DNA of 64,000 nucleotides from Blastocatellia bacterium (GTDB lineage Bacteria > Acidobacteriota > Blastocatellia > UBA7656), in the NCBI GenBank assembly GCA_963765495.1, contig CAVXWP010000001.1, positions 544,001 to 608,000 of the forward strand. Reading direction: 5' to 3'. Below are positions 59,113 through 64,000 of this stretch, in pieces. The notes beneath the pieces are model-generated. The model saw only the letters and a list, made by a program, of their open reading frames with translations, did no database searches and was not told the origin of the DNA. Position 1 is the first letter of the stretch, and each line of letters begins with the position of its first letter. The translations under genes were made by a program, and so were the position numbers.

Positions 59113-60012
59113 ATGAAGAGATTGGCATTACTGATTTTTGGATTCGTATTGTTAACGGCGACAGCAAACGGAGCCGATGAAAAATCTCGCGCCGAAGAGA
59201 TACTCAATCAGACAAGGCAGGCCCTAGGCGGCGCCTCAAAGCTCAACGCAATCCACGCCCTCACGGCCTCGCTCGAATTCCGCCGCGTAATCGAGATGAA
59301 AGACGAGTCGGGCTCCAGCCAGACTATGGACCAGTCGGGAGACATGGATCTCGATCTGCTTCTGCCCGACAAATACATGAGATCAGAGACTACTAACCTG
59401 ATGGGAGACGCTCGCGTGACGATCATTCGCGCTGTCAACGGAGACCAGACGTGGTCAGACACGCGCACGAGCGGGCCGGGCATGATCATCGTTCGTGAGG
59501 CGAAACCGCAGGGCGCAAACAGCGCAAACGCCGGTCTGCGAGGAGAGTTTTATCGCTATCTGGTCGCGTGGCTTCTCGCCGCGCCTGCCTCAGAACAACT
59601 CGAATACAGCTACGCCGGGCAGGCCGAAGCCGACGACGGCAGCGCCGACGTGATAGACGTGAAGGGAGCGGATGGGTTTTCGCTCCGCCTCTTCCTCGAC
59701 AGCCAGACGCATCTGCCGCTGATGTTGAGTTACAAGACACAAAGACCTCGCGGAGGGCGAATGATAAACCGTCGCATGACGCGCGAGCCTATGAGCGAAG
59801 AAAGAATAGCTAAAGAACATCAGGAGGGACCCGAGCCTGAAATGGTCGAAGCGGAAATTCAGGAGCGGTTCTCTGATTACCGCAAGGTAGACGGGCTGAT
59901 GCTGCCCCATCACATCTCAAGAGCCACCGACGGCAAGACCGATGAAGAGTGGGAGATCAAACAATTCAAGATCAACCCCGACCTCAAACCCGAAAAGTTT
60001 GTGAAGAAGTAA
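59113..60012 (+). CDS. Exported hypothetical protein (possible LolA-like fold)
   Basis: Signal peptide; QALGG…LPDKY…LFLDSQTHLP…FSDYRKVDGLMLPH. Confidence 0.7.
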   Translation: MKRLALLIFGFVLLTATANGADEKSRAEEILNQTRQALGGASKLNAIHALTASLEFRRVIEMKDESGSSQTMDQSGDMDLDLLLPDKYMRSETTNLMGDARVTIIRAVNGDQTWSDTRTSGPGMIIVREAKPQGANSANAGLRGEFYRYLVAWLLAAPASEQLEYSYAGQAEADDGSADVIDVKGADGFSLRLFLDSQTHLPLMLSYKTQRPRGGRMINRRMTREPMSEERIAKEHQEGPEPEMVEAEIQERFSDYRKVDGLMLPHHISRATDGKTDEEWEIKQFKINPDLKPEKFVKK

Positions 60013-60013
60013 C

Positions 60014-60104
60014 ACGTGATGCGTGATGCGTGATGCGTGACCGGAAGCACCCGGCCCATCGAAGCCCGGTTGTAACTCTCACACATCACGTATCACGCAT
60101 CACG
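60014..60104. repeat. Heptamer-armed element (TGATGCG arms) with a core unlike family A
   Basis: CGTGATG x3 … TCACACA TCACGTA TCACGCA TCACG. Confidence 0.7.
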
Positions 60105-60119
60105 TCCACAGGAGTTATT

Positions 60120-62765
60120 ATGCAAAGACGGTTATCTTTTATCCGGTTGCTCAGCCTGATTCTCGTTCTCGCGTCCGTATTCAATCAGGCGTGGTCGCAG
60201 ACCCGAACCCTCGATGGAAATTTGAGAGTCAGGGCGATTGATCCGCTAGGCGCGGCACTCGACCGGGCTCGCGTAAGAGTGGTGTCGGCCGAAGGGCGCG
60301 AAGAGGCGAGTGAAACCAATCAGAAAGGCGAGGCTTTCTTTCAAAAGCTTGCGCCCGGCCGGTACAAAATTATGGCCGAGGCCGACGGGTTCGAACCTGT
60401 ACAGGTGAGCGATGTTACCGTAAAAGCAGGCAACAATCAGTTCGAGATTCGGCTTGAGGTGGCTCACGTAAAAGAAGAGATGGCCGTCTCTCGCGACAAC
60501 CGCGAAAAGCAGACCGACCCCAACGGCAACGCATTCTCGACCATTCTGACAGAAGATGATATTGCCAATCTGCCCGATGACCCGGAGGAGCTTTCAGCCG
60601 CCTTGCGCGATATGGCCGGACCGGGCGCAGGACCTCGGGACCCAACCATTCGTATCAATGGGTTTCGCGGAGGCAAGCTGCCTCCCAAGTCTCAGATACG
60701 CGAAATCCGATTTCGCATGAACCCCTACTCCGCCGAAAATCACGATGCCGATTTAGTAAGCATAGACGTATTCACAAAACCGGGAGTTGACCTCTGGCAC
60801 GGCAATATGAATTTCGCCTTCAGAGACGAGTCCTTTAACGCGCGCAATCCTTTTGCCCCTTTTCGCGGACCTGAGCAAAATCGGCGCTACGGTTTTGATC
60901 TTGGCGGGCCGCTCTGGCGCAACCACACATCGCTGTTTGTGAATGTCGAAGGGACATCTCTTTATGATTCCCAGACGATAGTGGCTGCGCTGCCCGAGGG
61001 CAATTTTTCAGACCTTATCCGCCGCCCCTCGCGCTCGCTTGACGGTTCGGCCCGAGTCGAGCACGCGCTGACAAAGACGCACAACCTGATGGTCGAATAT
61101 CAGCGCAACGCTCGTTTGCAAGAGAATCTCGGCGTAGGCGATTTCGACCTCGCCGACCGCGCTTACTCGACCGATGTGGTTGAAAATATTTTTCGCCTGT
61201 CCGATTCCGGTTTGCTCTCAAAGAGGATGATAAACGATTTCCGGTTTCAGGCTCGATGGCAGAGCCTCGATTCGCATTCGGCCACGAGTGCGCCCGCCAT
61301 ACTAGTGCTCGACGCCTTCAACCGAGGCGGCGCGCAGATAGAAAATCGTCGCCGCACGCGTGAGCTCGAACTTGCCGATAATGTCAACTTCGCCTCCGGC
61401 AAACATTCCATGAAGGCGGGCGCTTTGCTTGAAGCCGCAGGTTACACGAGCCGCGACCTTCAAAACACGGGCGGCACTTTCACATTCGCGAGCCTTGAAG
61501 ATTTTCGCCTGGGTCGCCCGACCACTTTCACCGAGCGAGCCGGAGAGGCCGATGTGTCGTATTCCCAGTATCAGTTCGGCTGGTTCTTTCAAGACGACTG
61601 GAAGCTGACCAAAGGTCTGACCCTGAGCCTGGGGCTCCGCCACGAAGTCCAGAACCATCTGGGCGATCGCAACAATTTTTCGCCGCGAATCGGGGTGGCG
61701 TGGTCTCCGTTCAAGAACGGGCAGACGACTTTTCGCGCGGGCGCAGGCGTATTTTACGACTGGTTTGCCGCCGAGACTTTCGAGCAGACCCTTCGCGTAG
61801 ACGGCAAGCGCCAGCAGGAGATCGTCGTTCGCAATCCCGGGTTTCCCGATCCGTTTGGCGGCGGCGATTCGATAACGCTTCCGCCCGGTCGAATCATGAG
61901 CGCGCCCGATCTCAAACTTCCCGCCGTTGAGCAGGCATCATTTATGGTAGAGCGCAGGCTGACAAAGACTCTGATGCTCAGAAGCGGCTACACCTATCAA
62001 TCGGGCGTAAATCTGCTGCGCGGCCACAACATCAACGCGCCGATTCCCGGGCTTGGGCGGCCCGACCCGACGGCGGGAAATATCATTCAGATAGAGTCAA
62101 CGGCCCGGTCTACGCTGCACATGTTCAACGTAGGCGTGAGTCGCCTGACCAGAGGGTTCCATTTTAATTTGAACTATTCGCTATCGAAGGCTACAAACGA
62201 GGCGGATTCGCCGCTTGCCTTGCCCGCAGACAATTTCGATCTGCGAGCCGAGCGCGGCCCCGCCCCCTGGGATGCGCGCCATCGCCTTTTCGGATTGGTG
62301 ACCGCAAATCTTATAAAGGGATTCCGGCTGGGAGCTACGTTTACCGCGCGCTCGGCCACGCCTTACGACATCACAACCGGCTTTGACGACAACGGCGACA
62401 GCGTAAGCAACGACCGGCCCGAGGGAGTTACGCGCAACAGCGCGCGGGGCTCTGCCCGGTGGGATATGGGAGCGCGTTTGAGCTGGGGGTTTGGTTTTGG
62501 CAAGCGGCCCGATACGGGAGCGCGTGGCGGGCGGCCAAAAATGATTCGCATACGTGACGGGGATGACGCGCTCGGCATGGTCAGTGGCGACCCGCAAGCG
62601 GTCGATAAGCGATGGCGCATGGATTTTTATATACAGGCCAACAATCTGTTCAATCACACAAACCTGATGAATTTCACCGGGGTAGAGACCTCGCCCTTCT
62701 TTGGGCAGGCGATTGCAGCCGCGCCCGGGCGCAGGATCGAAACCGGAATGAAGTTCAGCTTCTAG
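60120..62765 (+). CDS. TonB-dependent receptor-like outer-membrane protein with carboxypeptidase regulatory-like N-domain
   Basis: DPLGAAL…LAPGRY…AEADGF; FNARNPF, FFQDDWK and NNFSPRIG; terminal Phe. Start set at ATG 60120. Confidence 0.87.
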   Translation: MQRRLSFIRLLSLILVLASVFNQAWSQTRTLDGNLRVRAIDPLGAALDRARVRVVSAEGREEASETNQKGEAFFQKLAPGRYKIMAEADGFEPVQVSDVTVKAGNNQFEIRLEVAHVKEEMAVSRDNREKQTDPNGNAFSTILTEDDIANLPDDPEELSAALRDMAGPGAGPRDPTIRINGFRGGKLPPKSQIREIRFRMNPYSAENHDADLVSIDVFTKPGVDLWHGNMNFAFRDESFNARNPFAPFRGPEQNRRYGFDLGGPLWRNHTSLFVNVEGTSLYDSQTIVAALPEGNFSDLIRRPSRSLDGSARVEHALTKTHNLMVEYQRNARLQENLGVGDFDLADRAYSTDVVENIFRLSDSGLLSKRMINDFRFQARWQSLDSHSATSAPAILVLDAFNRGGAQIENRRRTRELELADNVNFASGKHSMKAGALLEAAGYTSRDLQNTGGTFTFASLEDFRLGRPTTFTERAGEADVSYSQYQFGWFFQDDWKLTKGLTLSLGLRHEVQNHLGDRNNFSPRIGVAWSPFKNGQTTFRAGAGVFYDWFAAETFEQTLRVDGKRQQEIVVRNPGFPDPFGGGDSITLPPGRIMSAPDLKLPAVEQASFMVERRLTKTLMLRSGYTYQSGVNLLRGHNINAPIPGLGRPDPTAGNIIQIESTARSTLHMFNVGVSRLTRGFHFNLNYSLSKATNEADSPLALPADNFDLRAERGPAPWDARHRLFGLVTANLIKGFRLGATFTARSATPYDITTGFDDNGDSVSNDRPEGVTRNSARGSARWDMGARLSWGFGFGKRPDTGARGGRPKMIRIRDGDDALGMVSGDPQAVDKRWRMDFYIQANNLFNHTNLMNFTGVETSPFFGQAIAAAPGRRIETGMKFSF

Positions 62766-62820
62766 AATTTGAGATTTGAAATATGAGATTTGAGATTTGG
62801 GATTCCAGATTCCAGATTTC
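62764..62820. repeat. Degenerate heptamer tandem run (GAGATTT)
   Basis: TGAGATT TGAAATA TGAGATT TGAGATT TGGGATT CCAGATT CCAGATT. Confidence 0.65.
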
Positions 62821-62862
62821 AGCATTCGACAGCAAGAGCCGCCCGTGTAATAATTTCGATCT

Positions 62863-63960
62863 ATGCGTTTAAGTATCAGGCATATTCGGGCGGCGCTCCT
62901 GTCGATCCTGCTTCTTTCAATCCCGGTCGCGGCGGCCAACTGGGAACGCGGTGTGGCGCTTTATAACAAGGGCGATTTCCGGGCGGCGCTGGCCGAGTTC
63001 CAGGACATTGTCCGAGAGCGCGCTGATGTTGCGGGCGCGTGGTATTACATAGGGCTTTGCGAGTTCAATCTGAAGCGCTACAACCGCGTAGAGTTGCCCC
63101 TTGAACGCGCCATTGATCTGCTTGAGATACAGACGCCCGCAAGCCCGGACATCGCGGGCGCGTGGTATACCATAGGCATTTCGCACTACCTGTCGAACGA
63201 ATACGATAAAGCCATCGAGCCGCTCAACCGATATATCGAAATCGCCACGAAGTCGAAGCGCGAAGTCGATCCAAGCGCGCGGGCGGCGCTTGGCCGGGCC
63301 TATTTTTTCCTCGAGCGTTATGATGAGGCCGCGCCCTTGCTTGCCGGCGCGGCGGCAAACGACAAGGCGAAAGAGAGCGGGACCGATTCTTATTATCTGG
63401 GCGCAATCTATTTCAAACGCGAAGACGACGACCACGCCATCCCCGCCCTCAAACAGGCTGTCAAAGCCAATCCTGAGGATACGGCCGCGCTTGAACTGCT
63501 CGCCGAAAGCCTTATGCGCAAGGCGCGCAAGCCCGGCTCCGACGCGCTCTGGCTGGAGTCGATTGAAGCGGGCGAGCGACTTCAGGCCATTCGCGACGAT
63601 TTGAAAACGGCCAACATTTTGGGGCGAGCTTACCTGGGCGCGCGGCAGTTCGACAAGGCCGTCGCGCCGCTTGAAAAACTGGCAAAGGCAAACCCGGATA
63701 ACGGGCAGGCGTGGCTTTATTATGGAATAGCGCTTTCGCGCAGCGGAAGGATGAGAAAGGCTATGGAGGCGCTGGAAATAACAATAACGCTGATGCCGGA
63801 TTCAATCCCGGCGCTGTCGGAACTCGGTTACGTTTACGAAAGCGATAAGCAGTATCAACAGGCCCTTCGCATTTACGAAAAAGCCTTTAACGCCTCAAGT
63901 GACCCCGCGATGAAAGAGAGCATGGAGCGAGTCCGCGCTCTTGCCGCTCAACAGCCCTGA
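62863..63960 (+). CDS. Exported tetratricopeptide-repeat protein
   Basis: Signal peptide; repeated AWYYIG / LGRAY / YYLG…A…P units. Confidence 0.88.
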   Translation: MRLSIRHIRAALLSILLLSIPVAAANWERGVALYNKGDFRAALAEFQDIVRERADVAGAWYYIGLCEFNLKRYNRVELPLERAIDLLEIQTPASPDIAGAWYTIGISHYLSNEYDKAIEPLNRYIEIATKSKREVDPSARAALGRAYFFLERYDEAAPLLAGAAANDKAKESGTDSYYLGAIYFKREDDDHAIPALKQAVKANPEDTAALELLAESLMRKARKPGSDALWLESIEAGERLQAIRDDLKTANILGRAYLGARQFDKAVAPLEKLAKANPDNGQAWLYYGIALSRSGRMRKAMEALEITITLMPDSIPALSELGYVYESDKQYQQALRIYEKAFNASSDPAMKESMERVRALAAQQP

Positions 63961-64000
63961 AGTATGCGGAGGCGGTGAGCAAAGGCGAGAGACCCGCAAT

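Overview
A 64-kb bacterial chromosomal window of moderately high GC. Gene content and style (carboxypeptidase-domain TonB receptor, J-domain/PilZ fusion, SPOR-SpoIID, heptamer-armed intergenic repeats) suggest Acidobacteriota, probably Blastocatellia-like; this is an inference. Most genes are housekeeping or envelope genes: glyA, a DinG-like helicase, pntAA/AB/B, hppA, sat, larB, yqeY, modA, sixA, terC, a ynbAB-like lipid cluster and two-component systems. One complete IS lies at about 1555-3172. No rRNA, tRNA or CRISPR array was seen. Main leads: (1) a signal-peptide uORF ending in the ribosome-arrest motif RAPP directly upstream of the H+-pyrophosphatase hppA, a candidate secretion/PMF-monitoring leader; (2) an exported rhodanese whose ORF reads through an in-frame UGA in a C-x-U motif followed by a SECIS-like hairpin, a hidden selenoprotein that the ORF track truncates; (3) an AT-richer ABC-ATPase + PIN-like gene pair, a candidate defence module; (4) a five-gene zinc-ribbon/FHA phospho-signalling cluster that includes a PrsW protease-FHA fusion; (5) a dispersed repeat family with heptamer arms and a conserved ~50-nt core in five copies; (6) a sigma54-driven 48-aa His/Cys microprotein and a Zn-ribbon PLD-fold protein with a degenerate HKD motif.
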